From the human T2T-CHM13v2.0 reference genome, Homo sapiens, in NCBI RefSeq assembly GCF_009914755.1, contig NC_060926.1: 64,000 nucleotides of DNA, one strand, 5' to 3'. This document shows, piece by piece, positions 51,515 through 64,000 of the stretch (the first letter of the stretch is position 1; each line of letters begins with the position of its first letter). The notes beneath the pieces are model-generated. The model saw only the letters and a program-made list of their open reading frames with translations, made no database searches and was not told the DNA's origin. Made by a program: the position numbers and the translations under genes.

Positions 51515-53895
51515 CTTTCTAGATACAAAATCATGTCATCTGCAAACAGGGATAGTTTGACTTCCTCTCTTCCTATTTGCATGCCTTTTATTTCTTTCTC
51601 TTGCCTGATTGCTCTGCCCAAGACTCCCAATACTACACTAAATAGGAGTGGTAAGAGAGGACATCCTCGTCTTATGCCAGTTTTCAGGAGGAATGCTTCC
51701 AGCTTTTGCCCATTCAGTATGAAGTTGACTGTGGGTTTGCCATACATGGCTCTTATTATTTTGAGGTATATTCCATCAATACCTAGTTCATTGAGAGTTT
51801 TTAACATGAAGGGGTGAATTTTATCTAGAAAACCCCACAGTCTCGGCCCAAAATCTCCTTAAGCTGATAAACACCTTCAGCAAATAATCAGAATATAAAA
51901 TCAATGTACAAAAATCACTAGCATTCCTATACACCAGCAACAGCCAAACTGAGAGCCAAATCAAGAACACAATCCCATTCACAACTGTCACAAAGAAGAA
52001 TAAAATACTTAGGGGTACAGCTAACCAGAGAGGTGAAAGATCTCTACAAGGAGAACTACAAAACATTGCTCTAAGAAATCATAGATGACAGAAACAAATG
52101 GAAAAACATTCTATGCTCATGGATAGGATGAATAAATGTCATTAAGATGGCCATAATCCCCAAAGCAATTTATAGATTAGGTAAAAAAGGGCAAAGGACA
52201 TGAACAGACATCTTTCAAAATAAGACATATATGCAACCAACAAGCATATGAAAAAAAGATCAACATCACTAATCATTAAAGAAATGCAAATCAAAACCAC
52301 AATGAGATACCATCTCACACAATGCTATGCCTATCAAACTACCTATGACATTCTTCAGAGAACTAGAAAAAAACTGTTTTAAAATGAATATGAAACCAAA
52401 AAAGAGCCCAATAGCCAAGACAATTCTAAGCAAAAAGAACAAAGCTGGAGGCATCACATTGTCTGACTTTAGACTTCAAACTATACTACAGGGCTACAAT
52501 AACCAAAACAGCATGGTACTGGTGCAAAAACAGACACATAGACCAATGGAACAGAATAGAGAGCTCAGAAATAGGGCCTTGCACCTACAACCATCTGATC
52601 TTTGACAAAGCTAACAAAAATAAGCAAAGAGAAAAAGACTCGATATTCAACAAATGGTGCTGAGATAACTGGTTCATTATATGCAGCAAATTGAAACTGG
52701 ACCCCTTCCTTATACCATATATAAAAATCAAATCATGACAGATTAAAGACTAAAATGTAAAACCCAAAATAATAAAAACCCTGGAAGACAACCTAGGCAG
52801 TACCATTCTGGACATAAGAATAGGCAAAGATCTCATGATGAAAACACCAAAACCAATTGCAGCAAAAGCAAAAATTAACAAATGAGATATAATTACACTT
52901 AAGACTTCCTGCAAAGCAAAGGAAACTATCAACAGAGTAAACAGACAACCTACAGAATGGAAGAAAAATTTGGCAAACCGTGGATCCAACAAAGGTCTAA
53001 TATCCAGCATCTATATGGAACTTAAACAAATTTACAGGAAAAAATAAACAAGCCCATTTAAAAAGAGTAAAGGACATGAACAGACACCTTTCAAAATAAG
53101 ACATACATGCAACCAAAAAGCATATGAAAAAAAAGATCAACATCACTGATAATTAGAGAAATGCAAATCAAAACCACAATGAGATACCATCTCACACCAG
53201 TCAGAATAGCTAGTATTAAAAAGTCAAAAAATAACAGATGCTGGCAAGTTTGCAGAGAAAAAGGAATGCTTATACACTGTTGGTGGGAGTGTAAATTAGT
53301 TCAACCATTGTGGAAAGCAGTATTATGATGCCTCAAAGAGCTAAAAGCAGAACTACCATTCAACCCAGCAATCCCATTACTGGGTATATACCCAAAGGAA
53401 TATAAATCATTCTATTATAAACAGACATGCACATGTATGTTCACTCCAGCACTATTCCCAATAGCAAAGACATAGAATCAACCTAAAAGCCCATCAGTGA
53501 CAGACTGGATAAAGAAAATATTGTACATACACACCATAGAATACTATGCAGCCATGAAAATGAATGACATCATGTCCTTTGCAGGAACATGAATGAAGGT
53601 TGAGGCCATTCTCCTTAGCAAACTAACAGAGGAACAGAAAACCAAATACCACATGTTCTCACTTACAAGTGGGAGATAAATAAGGAAAACACATGGACAC
53701 ATAGAAGGGAACAACACACACTGGGGCCTACTGGAGGGTGGAGAGTTGGATGAGGAAGAGGATGAGGAAAAATAACTAATGGGTACTAGGCTTAATACCT
53801 GGGTGACGACATAATCTATATAACAAACCCCAGTGATACAAGTTTACCTATGTAGCAAACCTGCACATGTACCCCTGAAGTTAAAAGCTTTTTAA
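51515..53895 (+). mobile_element. L1PA (about PA8-13) with 5' twin-priming inversion (51515-51821 minus; 51822-53895 plus)
   Basis: TSD AAAAGTGTG (51506-51514/53896-53904); ORF 51370-51807(-) has RT motifs GCPLLPLLF and [11 protein letters not shown]; complete 3'UTR. Confidence 0.92.
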
Positions 53896-53904
53896 AAAAG
53901 TGTG

Positions 53905-54130
53905 GACTCTATAGCCAGACAGCCTGGGTTCATATCATGACTCCACCCTTTACAAGCTGGGTGATCTTGGACTTTCATTTAAGCTCTCTGTGGCTGTTTT
54001 TTCTTCTTTAAAATGGTGCTAATATAGTACCCATCTCATAGAGTAATTGTAAGTATTAAATGAATTAAAATATGCAAGAGTGCTTAGAACGGTACCTTGT
54101 TCACAGTAAGCACTATGTGTTATCACTATT
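53905..54130 (+). mobile_element. MIR, split by the L1PA insertion and itself within an L2 relic
   Basis: AGCCAGACAGCCTGGGTTC...AAAATGG...GTGCTTAGAACGGTACC...CAGTAAGCACT. Confidence 0.8.
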
Positions 54131-54744
54131 TTTTGAAAAATGATTAGATGTTGGCTAGGAAGAAAAAAAAATGAAGGGCTATTGGGGCATAGAGAGCAGT
54201 ATATATAAACTGGGTGTTTATATAAAGAAAAAAGAATGGCATGTTTATAAAAATATTAATGAGTTCACTGTGGCCAGAATAATGGAGAAATGGGGAAAGA
54301 AGGCACTGGTTGGAGGATAAGGGTCATTCCATGAAGGCTTTATGCAACATTTAAACATTTGAAACAATTGACAACTTAAGGACTAAAACTATTATGTGAT
54401 ATCTCTTGAGAGGTCTTGTGGGTACAGGTCCCAAAAATTCAGGTGTTAAAAGTAGGAGTTTTTTTAGTCTACAGTTTAAACTGGAGGTAGGTAAAAATTT
54501 CAATAATGTGTACTGATAAGTACATGATTAGGTCGGTAGTCTTAATTATCTCAAATAATAAAACCTAAATGGTTAACTTTGTATTTTAGTATCTTTGTAC
54601 TTCCCCCAGGCTTCTATTTCAAATTTCAAGAAACAAAACTGTGGACAATAGACATACTCTCTGTTTATTTGCACCAATATTTTACTCATACACTAACTGT
54701 ATTTTTCAATTCAAATTTTCAAATTTTCTCCAAGTTTCTTTCTT

Positions 54745-55060
54745 CTTCTTCTTATTTTTTATTTTATTTTTTATTTTTTGAGAGGAATCTCACTCACTCT
54801 GTTGCCCAGGCTGGAGTGCAGTGGTGTGATCTCAGCTTACTGCAACCTCTGCCTCCCGATTCAAGCAATTCTTATGCCTCAGCCTCCAGAGTTGCTGGGA
54901 TTATAGGTGTGCACCACCATGCCCTCTAATTTTTGTACTTTTAGTAGAGATGAAGTTTCACCATTTGGCCAGGCTGGTCTCAAACTCCTGACCTCAGTGT
55001 TCTGCCCTCCTCAGCCTCCCAAAGTACTGGGATTACAGGCATGAGCCACCAAGCCCAGCC
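54745..55060 (-). mobile_element. AluS (Sz/Sx-like)
   Basis: Antisense dimer with T-rich tail, ending GAGCCACCAAGCCCAGCC. Confidence 0.95.
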
Positions 55061-55689
55061 TGTCTAAATTTCTTTCTATGGAAGCATAAAAGTTGGCTAC
55101 AGAAATATATAGCTTAATATATCAGGAAGCTGTCAAAATGACCATGGGAAGAATTTAAATAATGATCCAGATATAGACATTAAGAACTGTGGTTTTGTGA
55201 ATAGAATTGTGAGATTCATTCTCTGTGTGCTGGTTGTCATCTTATTAATATTCCAAATTTAAGGTAGGACTAGCTCACATTCTATTTTATCTCATTTTTA
55301 CATAGTCAAGAAAGAAAAGCACGGTAGGTCTGTCTAAAACTCATGAAATATTCTAAGAATTCTTTTGACTCATCTAAAAAATCTTCAAGCCATAAATAAT
55401 AATTAACCCTACTTGGAAAGTAGTTAAACACAAAATCAAAACTCCTGAGGGAAAAGAATAAAAGTCAAATCTCTGATCAGATGTTCTAAAATCTGAAAGC
55501 CAAGAAGAAAGATAATGCAGGTAAATTATCTTGAATATTTGAGATGGTGCTACCTAGTTGGTAAAAATTGGGACTCTTTTAGCAGGCTGCAAAGGAGTCC
55601 TAAAAGAAACTTCTATCTGAAAATAGGTGTTATAACTTTGTATGAAATCTTTATGGATATTTGCAGTCATTTGGAAAATCTAGATGAGA

Positions 55690-57375
55690 TTTGCTCCCCT
55701 TCACTATGTTCTCCGCCAGTGAACAGGATCTTGTTTTCAAATCGCCTCCATGAAACCTCTTTCATTAGATATTTTGCAAATTTTCTTAATTTGCAAATAT
55801 TTTTAATAGTAGACTTGATAGAAAACTACTGGGTTCTCATTACGTTCTTTTGGTTGAAGGATATGAAGAAAGTCTCTCCTTACACAAATGTGAAGTTGGA
55901 GAAGGGAGGTGTATTTTAATAGTCTCTTCAAATAACTGTGGATATTACTTTTTAATCCTATATCTTTAGGGCCTCCCAGTTCCCCCACTTTCTTTCTGTG
56001 CCCTAAGTGAAAATCACAGAGTATCTTGACAGCTCTGTGACCCAGCCAGCTGCAGATATTTTCCCAGCAGGCTTGAACCCAAACCAGGGCCTTGAACATT
56101 CCCAAGCACTGATAACAGTATCTAGCTTGTCCAAAACACTGAAAGAAACTGGCTCCAGCCCTGAGCCAAATTCTTTAAGCCCTCATATAAATTCCATGCC
56201 CTGACCCCCTCACTGTCCACAGGTGGAACACCCTTTTCTCTCACTGTCCATCTCAAGGATTGCTACAGCACTCTATAAAGAAGTTCCCCTAATAAATGCT
56301 TTGAACTGATCACCCTGGCATTTAGTGTTTCTTTCTTTGGAATCCCAACTGACCACATCTGGGGTTGGTTTGGGGTACTCCCTTGTGGGAACTTCCCTGC
56401 CTCTGCCTTTGGGGCAATTCCAGGCATGGGTTCAGTGGGACAAAACAATATAGGACAAAACAATATCCAAACTCGACAAGTGGTAGTTTCTCCGTTTAGT
56501 TGCAATGCGCAGTTTGGAACCACTATCAATGAACTTTTCATACTCTTACATTTAAATCATGTATATTTTGATGCATGGTTTTGTAATATCATGCTTTGGT
56601 CATTTGGAAAACATTAGTTTACTGAGTTATATAGATCTTCCAAATGTTGATGCCTTTTACCAAATACTATTTAAAAATCACATTCATTTATATTACCACA
56701 AATCTCATCGAAAGAATCTTTAACTACTGGGGAACTGTCACAGTGGCAAATACAAGTTTTCCAAAATTCTAATAGTTAATAGAAATCTTAAATTTTATCA
56801 CTGGCAATACTTGCTGTGAATTGTTTATTGTTGAAAAAGCAGATCACTTCATTCATTTTCACAAAAATGGCTGTTGACCAAATGTACAAATCTGCATAAC
56901 CACAGTTTATCTGTAATTGTTCCAAGTAAAAGTGATGTTTTATAAATAAGTGGCTAGTTCAGCTTGCAACTAAAGCAATCACATAAATGCTTTTTCTCAG
57001 GACAACTATCGTACACTGGCGTACAACAGGAGGGCTTTATACGCACCTTTCATTTTTAATGCAAGGTACTAAAAAGACATGTACTCAAGGATCAAAATTT
57101 AATGAAACAAATATTTTGCTGCTTCATCAAGGACAGTCACTTTTCCTTTCAATTGCATGTGTGTATGGTGGTAATGAATACAGTTTGATGCCACAGGCTT
57201 GATTTATGCTAAGGCACCAGCAGTTTTACCATTGCACCATCAGTGCAAACATCAGTACAGCAAAAATGGCAAATAACATGTTAATATTATAATGAGAATA
57301 GTCTTGACCTGACAAACCTTTTGAAAGAGCTTGAGAGACCCCGAAGGGTCTGCAGACTCCAATTTAGAAACAGCT
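55690..57375. mobile_element. Charlie1-like hAT DNA transposon remnant, interrupted by an LTR
   Basis: CAAACTCGACAAGTGGTAGTTTCT, GCTAGTTCAGCTTGCAACT, GCTTCATCAAGGACA; terminal GGGTCTGCAGACTCCAATTTAGAAACAGCTG. Confidence 0.7.
55951..56447 (+). mobile_element. MER66-like ERV1 solo LTR
   Basis: GGCTTGAACCCAAACCAGGGCCTTGAACATTCCC, CATATAAA box, AATAAATGCTTTG and a 3' end GGGACAAAACA. Confidence 0.65.
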
Positions 57376-58094
57376 GCCCTGGCCCTCTGTTCTTCAAATG
57401 ATTCACCTGACCTCAGATCTCCCCTAGTTTTCTTCAGCATCTCTTCTGTCTACTTACAAAGCCCATCAAGCCTAAAGTTGAAAAAAAAAAAAAAAAAAAA
57501 CTGCAGCCAATACTAGCTTTCTCTGCAGCCCGAAATCTAACTAATAGTTGACTTCACCCCACTCTAATTGCTAGCAAGTAGATCATCAGACTAACCAATA
57601 AATAAGTGGCCAGGGCTATTTTGATCCATAACACCCACACTTGCAGAAAGCACAAAGCTAAACCATACAAACAAAATAATTCAAGTGTATGTGTTTGGGG
57701 ACCACAGAGCTCTATGTCATCTCACTAGTAAATTAGCACTAATCTTTGGAAGATATCCTTTTCTTGTCTGAACTACTGCAGTCTGTTACTGAACAGGGAG
57801 GAGTGATGAAAGAAGTGCTTGAGGAGCCCCAGATGACCTGTCACACAGCAGCTGGGATGCTATCTTCACTTGAGGCTTATGACATCCCTGTTGCTACAGG
57901 CATCCATTTGGTTGGAAGTGCCAAATCTCTTTTTAACTGAACAGTGGCTACAAGTGTTTCTTTACCTCCAGCAAATACATAGTATTTTGTACCCCCTTCT
58001 TCCTACAGCTACCCCTGACCACTAGAATGCATGCCCCATAAAAGAGGGATTTTTGAGCAGTAATGAGTTCAACAATTATTTATTAAAATATTAA

Positions 58095-58198
58095 AAAATG
58101 TTGACAAAGAATGTTTACTAAGTGTTAAGGGGTGAATTGTGCCCCTCAAAATGTTGACAAAGAATGTTTACTAAGTGTTAAGGGGTGAACTGCCCCTC
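58095..58198. repeat. 53-bp tandem duplication spanning an MLT1 5' junction
   Basis: AAAATGTTGACAAAGAATGTTTACTAAGTGTTAAGGGGTGAA(TTG/C)TGCCCCTC twice. Confidence 0.9.
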
Positions 58199-58290
58199 AA
58201 AAAGATATACTGAAGTCCTAAACCCCAGTGCTTTAAAATGTGACCTTTATCTGCAAATAGGGTATTTGTAGATGTAATCAGATTAAGACC
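58175..58290 (+). mobile_element. MLT1 (B/C-like) 5' fragment
   Basis: TGTTAAGGGGTGAA...AAAAGATATACTGAAGTCCTAAACCCCAG...AAATAGGGTATTTGTAGATGTAATC. Confidence 0.75.
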
Positions 58291-58769
58291 TTGAGGTCTT
58301 GCCCATTTTCAACTCATCTAACTGGCACAGAATAATCTTAAAACTTGAAATAGGTTAAGGTGATCCTACATTACTGGTACCCAGAGTCAACTGACAGGTG
58401 TTGTCTAGCAGAAGACAGTATCATTCAAGGTCTCCAAACAACACACTCTTAGAGAATTCAGCAATGTAAAAAATAATAGCATGTTTTAGACAGGAGATAA
58501 AAAGGCTTAAACAGATTTAATGAATCTGCATTTTCCTGGAAGACGGTAAACATATTTATGAGCATAAAAAGTCCAAAGTCAATGGTGAATTTCTAGCCAA
58601 AGAAGTAGGGCAAGGAAAAAAATTGTAAGAATTAGAAATAAAACTAGTATTACTCACAAATTATAAAAGTATGTGTGTGTTCCAAAGAAATCTACAAAGA
58701 ATATTCAATTTTATATGTGAATTTTAAAAGGTGACTGGATACAAAATCAATATATAAAAACCAATTATA

Positions 58770-59555
58770 GATATACAAATGAGCAAGCATATCAAAAGAT
58801 GTTAAGTATCACTGTCACCAGAGAAATACAAATTGAAACCACAGTGAGATACTGCTCATTAGGATAACTACTATCAAAGAAACAGAAAATAACAAGTATT
58901 GACAAGGATGCAGAAAAATTAGAACCACTGTGCACCGTTGAGGGTGTCATAAAATGATGTAACCTTTATAAAAAAACGTAGAGGTGTTTCTCAAAAAATT
59001 AAAAATAAAACTGCTATATTACTCAGCAAGCCCACTTTTGGATATATATCCAAAATAATTGAAAGCAGGATCTCAAGGAGATATCTGCACACCCATGTTT
59101 GTAGCAGCACTGTTCACAATAGCAAAGAGGTGGAAGTAACCCAATGTCCATTGATGGATAAGTACATAAACAAAATGTGGCCTATGCATACAGTGGAATA
59201 TTACTCATCCTTAAAAAGGAAAAAAATTCTGACACATGCTACAACATGCATGAACCTTGAGGAAATTATGCCAAATGAAATAAACCAGTCACAAAAAGAC
59301 AAATACAGTGTGATTGCACTTGTCTGATATATCTAAAGTGGTCAAATTCATAGAAACAGAAAATATGAGTGGTTATCAGAGCCTGGGAGGAGAGAGGAAA
59401 AAGGGAGCTATTGTTTAATGGGTAGAAAGTTTCAGATTTATAAGATAAAGTTCCAGAGATCTGTTTTACAGCTATGTATATATACTTATCACTACTGAAC
59501 TGTATACTTAAAAATGGTTAAAACACTGAATTTTATGTCATACTTTTAGCATAAT
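58770..59555 (+). mobile_element. L1MB 3' end inside an older L1M
   Basis: ORF2 C-terminus and 3'UTR (GAACTGTATACTTAAAAATGGTTAA); TSD AAAAA(C/T)CAATTATA. Confidence 0.8.
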
Positions 59556-60149
59556 AAAAAATCAATTATATTTCTATATATCAGCCACATAGAGGATGAT
59601 GCCCAGTGTATGTTTCCATTTACATAAAGTATAAAAATAGGCAAAAGCAATCTGAAATTCTTAAGAATATATACCTAGTAAAAGTATAAAGAAAAGTAAA
59701 AACATCATTATCATAAAAGTCAGAATCCAGGTTACCTTTAGTGTGGAGAGAGGGGTTGTGATCAGGAAAGGACAGAAAAGTACCTTCTGTGTGCTAGCAA
59801 TGCTCTATTCATCAGACTTTGTGGTGGTGACAGAGAAGAGAAGGAGACAGGTACATTTGCATTATATCAATATGTGAAGGGTAAATCTATGTTTTGTGCA
59901 TTTTTGTGTGTTATTTTTTACAACAAAAAAATTAAAAAGAAAGAAACCAAGGCCCTGAAACATTCTAAGTTTTCTGTATTTGCATAACTTTTAGGTGGCA
60001 AAGATGGAAAACTTAGGTCCATTTTTGTAGCTACTTGTATAAATAAACCTTGACCCATGTTCATTCAAGTCTGAAAGCATTAGACTAGAGAAGACCACAA
60101 TGACATATAAGTAAAGGCAATCCAAAAGGCAGTCCACAGAAGCCAAACA

Positions 60150-60610
60150 ACAGTTCAGTTCAACAAGCATTTGCTGAACCTGTAAAATGCTCCAGACCCT
60201 ATATTATATACAGAAAATAGAAAAATAAATAAGACATGTTCCCAGCACTGAAGAGTTTTATAATATGGTAAGTGAGACAGACATTATCAATCCATCATTG
60301 TGATAGAATATAGTCAGAGTTATGACAAAAGTATGACATGGAAGCAAACCAGGTTTGGGGGGTATATTTGAGTGAGAAAGAGATAGGACTGTGAGAGTTG
60401 CAAGGACTCCTGTGATTCAAAGTTAGAATTAATGAGTTGAAAATAGGAAAGAGTTACAAGGGTCTTTTAGGCAAAGACAATATCAGCAGAGCTATGCATA
60501 GGGAAAAACGTTAGTATAATGCGTACTGCGGAATCATGAAGTATGAGGCAGGAAGTGATGAAGATGAAGCTAGAAGTAAGCAGAGGCCTCATATGCCAAG
60601 CTAACGAGCT
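60150..60610 (-). mobile_element. L2 relic
   Basis: TTCAGTTCAACAAGCATTTGCTGAACC...AATAAGACATGTTCCCAGCACTGAAGAGTTT. Confidence 0.65.
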
Positions 60611-61856
60611 TTGTGCATTTAAAATGATATATTTCTCCCTGCCATCTAACAGGTTACAATTTTGCAGGGAACAGGTAACATCATGCCAACAACTAGCTAT
60701 GAAGCCTTGGATATCTCATTTCCACTGTCAGGGCCCAGATTGTTTATTTATTTGTTAAGGGAGAGCTTGAATTTGATGGCCTCCAAGATCAATCACATCT
60801 CGATCTGATTCTAAAGTTTTATGAACCAGTGTTAGGCCTGGTAATAAGCCGCTTGTTAAAATATTTTTCTCTGTTTTAAAAAAATTAATAAAGAGATCTA
60901 TTTTATATATCTCATAGGAAAATTGAAAGACTCAAACAAGGAATCACAAGTGGTATGTATATAAATAGCCTTATTAATTAGAAAGAGTACTAAATGCAAA
61001 TCAAAACTATGTAATGTTGAAAATGCCTCAGATGTAGTGACAATATTTTGGGGGCTCTCTTAGTCTATGCCAGATACTTTACCTATATTCTGTTACTTAC
61101 ACTTCAATAACCTCAAAAATGCCCTTATTGTCATCATTTTGAACACGAAGAATCCAAGGTTTGGTATATTAAACAAGTTACCCAAACTCCATGCCAAGGA
61201 GGTGGCAGAACTAGTGTCACACATTTTATCTGCCCTAAACCTCATTCTCTCCTCAGGTTTCAAATACATTAGTATCTCCATATAAGTAAATGAAAAGGAC
61301 ATGCTATTTTTTGAGCACTCATGCACTAAATTTATATAATGTTCAATATTTTCTTTCTCAATTCTACATAATGTTTTTGATTCACTTTAAATGCTTAGAA
61401 AAATAGGAAATACAACAAAGATAGCTTTTAGCAACTGAATTACTGTTTATCCAGAAATTAGCTGCTCAGAATAAGTGAAATTGTATTTACAACTGCCAAG
61501 ATTATACCCAAAATGCTTTTAAGAAGCCCAAAATGCTTTTAATCAGTCACTCTAAATTTATTCATGTGTTGAAATAAGCACTGAAACACCAACAGGAATA
61601 AAAGAGTATACCAAGATTAAATTCAGAGGCTTCTTAAAATAACAATCGACAAGGCAGTCACAGACACTAACAAGTCCTGGTTTCTTTGGGATTATTTCCA
61701 AGAAAGGAAAATAAAGATCCCAAGGCCTAGGTTGCTGCTATTGAACAGAAAAGCAAATAATCAAATAATTAAGACAATTCCAGTGATTATTCACAGGAGA
61801 TGTGACTACTTGATTTGGCTGTTGGCTATTTCTCCCTTTAGATTTTTCTTCCTTAT

Positions 61857-62047
61857 GAAGGGGAACATCACACACCAGGGCCTGTTGTGGGGTGGGGGGA
61901 GGGAGGAGGGATAGCATTAGGAGATAACCTAATGTTAAATGACGAGTTAATGGGTGCACCACACCAACATGGCACATGTATATATATGTAACAAACCTGC
62001 ACATTGTGCACATGTACCCTAAAACTTCAAGTATAATTTAAAAAAAA
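61857..62047 (+). mobile_element. L1PA (PA4/5-like) 3' tip
   Basis: GAAGGGGAACATCACAC...CATGTACCCTAAAACTT plus A tail; perfect 17-bp TSD AGATTTTTCTTCCTTAT (61840-61856/62048-62064). Confidence 0.95.
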
Positions 62048-62248
62048 AGATTTTTCTTCCTTATAAGAAAACCCTTAAAAAAGTAGTTTTCCCCACATCT
62101 GACACAATCATTTAATTCTATGTTGAGCCTTTTAGGTTTCTAACCAGCTAAAGGCATCTGATGAGCATGACAGCAGGAAGAACAGTCAACACAGGAGCAA
62201 CAGCCACAAGACAAGAAATGCATTATAGTGCTTCAATTCTTAATCTAA

Positions 62249-62412
62249 CAGTGGTTCTCAAACTTGAGGGTGCATCATAATCTCCTGCAGAGCTTGTTAA
62301 AGGGCAGGTTGCTGGACCTCACCCCCAGAGCTTCTAATTCAGTTATGTCAGGAATGGGGTCCAAGAATGTGCATGTATGTTACTTTCCCTGGCAATGCAC
62401 TCTGAGAACCAC
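62249..62412. mobile_element. MER5A (hAT-Charlie)
   Basis: CAGTGGTTCTCAAACTT...CACCCCCAGAGCTTCTAATTCAG...CACTCTGAGAACCAC. Confidence 0.8.
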
Positions 62413-62644
62413 ATCTATGCTTAGTTTTGGAAGTGAAACTCTATGTGCAACTTGTGACCAATAAATAGCCTCATTGTTTATAAAGGACTATCCTTCCTGT
62501 GTGGAGTTAACAGTTCAAAACAGGCCTATTTAGTTATTTGCTAAATATAGGTCTAATCAAACATTAACTGATGATAAGATTAATTGGTAGGGCTATGCTT
62601 ACTCAGAATTATAAATTTGAATTTTTGCTACATATAATTTTTAA

Positions 62645-62910
62645 AATTATAGCATTTATTGAGAAACTGCTATATGGCAAGAACTGTGTTACGTATTTTT
62701 TTATATACAGCATTTCATTTAATTTTCATGAAAAAATCTATGATATAAATGCCACTATTACTGTATTTCCCAGTTTATAATAATAAAACATGCTTAGGAA
62801 GATTAATCCACTTGCCCAAGTTCACACTTTTAATAAATGATGGAGGCAAGCTTCAGTTCAGGCAGTCTGACCCCAGAATTGGAGCTCTATTGCTTTATAC
62901 GCTATGACCT
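62645..62910 (-). mobile_element. MIR (MIRb-like)
   Basis: AGCATTTATTGAG...ACTTGCCCAAGTTCACAC...CAGGCAGTCTGACCCCAGA. Confidence 0.75.
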
Positions 62911-63547
62911 CCCGAGTAAAAAACACTGTGACTGTCAGAAATGAAAACTATAATCGCAAACTCCAGATCCAAAATGTGGATAAACAATTTATGAGATGAG
63001 CATTGGTATAGGACCACACAGGACACCAGGGCTTCTGTACCACAAGAATGTGTTATAGTTAGGTCACTACAAATTTTTAAAAAGAGAGCTTGGTATACAG
63101 AAAATCAATAGAATTGATTTGGCTATCTCTAGGTTAGGTTTCTTTGCAAAGTTTTCTCCATTTTCCTGAAATATAAAATTCAATGTTGGATGAAATTCAA
63201 TGGTGAGAGTAAAATGTGCCTGGAAATGAGAGTTAGGAAATGTTCAAAGGGCATAAATAGCTCACTCGTTTTCAAGATAACATAGAACCTGCAGTATTTC
63301 AAAGGAAAAGGCAGGGTCCCAGCAGGTGGATATAGTACACAGACATGGCATCCAGGGATAGACAAAATCAGGAGTTAATGCACCAGATGGATATCGTCAG
63401 GGAGATGTATCCACACCCATCATGTCTGGGTTTTGGCTAGAGAAAAACAGAGTAGCAGGTCTAAAACTAGAACTCTTGTCTTAGGAAACAAAACGCATAG
63501 AGATGGGATAAACCTCAACTCAGGAACAAGGGATGGAAATATAAATC

Positions 63548-64000
63548 TATCCGAGGAACCCTCCCCCAATAATTCAATGTTATTTCATATAGGTTCTTTT
63601 CTATTTCCCTAAGTGTCAGCCGGTCTGAGAAATAAAGGGAAAGAGCACAAAAGAGAGAAATTTTAAAGCTGGGTGTCCGGGGGAGACATCACATGACGGC
63701 AGGTTCCATGATGCCCCCCAAGCTGCAAAACCAGCAAGTTTTTATGAGTGATTTTCAAAGGGGAGGGAGTGTACGAATAGGGTGTGGGTCACAGAGATCA
63801 CATGCCTCACAAGGTAATACAATATTACAAAGCAAATGGAGGCAGGGCGAGATCACAGGACCACAGGACCGAGGAGAAATTAAAATTGCTAATGAAGTTT
63901 CGGGCATGCATTGTCATTGATAACATCTTATCAGGAGACAGGGTTTGAGAGCAGACAACTGGTCTGACCAAAATTTATTAGGCGGGAATTTCCTCGTCCT
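63548..64000 (-). mobile_element. MER11 (MER11A-like; HERV-K11/HML-8 LTR), running off the window end
   Basis: Antisense 3' end TATCCGAGGAACCCTCCCCCAATA...TAAGTGTCAGCCGGTCTGAGAAATAAAG...AAACCAGCAAGTTTTTAT. Confidence 0.9.

Noticed and set aside
55515-55919. 134-aa ORF
   Set aside because: It runs into a decayed Charlie1-like transposon and has no recognisable domain.

Overview
This is AT-rich, repeat-dense hominoid (probably human) genomic DNA, judged from the SVA, AluY, young L1PA and LTR12 elements. It looks intergenic or deep intronic. No protein-coding gene, RNA gene or CRISPR array is supported, and nearly all ORFs in the track are decayed Alu, L1 or LTR read-throughs. The window is a mosaic of nested L1s, about 11 Alus, MaLR/ERV LTRs (MLT1, THE1/MST, MER50, MER21, LTR12, MER66-like, MER11), hAT elements (MER30, MER1B, MER5A, Charlie1-like) and L2/MIR relics. 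Repeat subfamilies are called from remembered consensus sequences and need RepeatMasker/Dfam confirmation. The top observation is a non-repeat island at about 5361-5823. Translated through four stops and one frameshift, it aligns collinearly with the C-terminal ectodomain of bornavirus glycoprotein G as I recall it, making it a candidate endogenous bornavirus-like G (EBLG) fossil that sits directly 5' of a co-oriented old L1. The window also shows several template-switch scars: a 291-bp near-identical dispersed duplication, two mosaic insertions inside L1s, two twin-priming L1 inversions, and a TSD-less young L1 with a 30-bp palindromic tip. A complete solo LTR12 promoter and weak candidate non-coding exons on the minus strand are also present.
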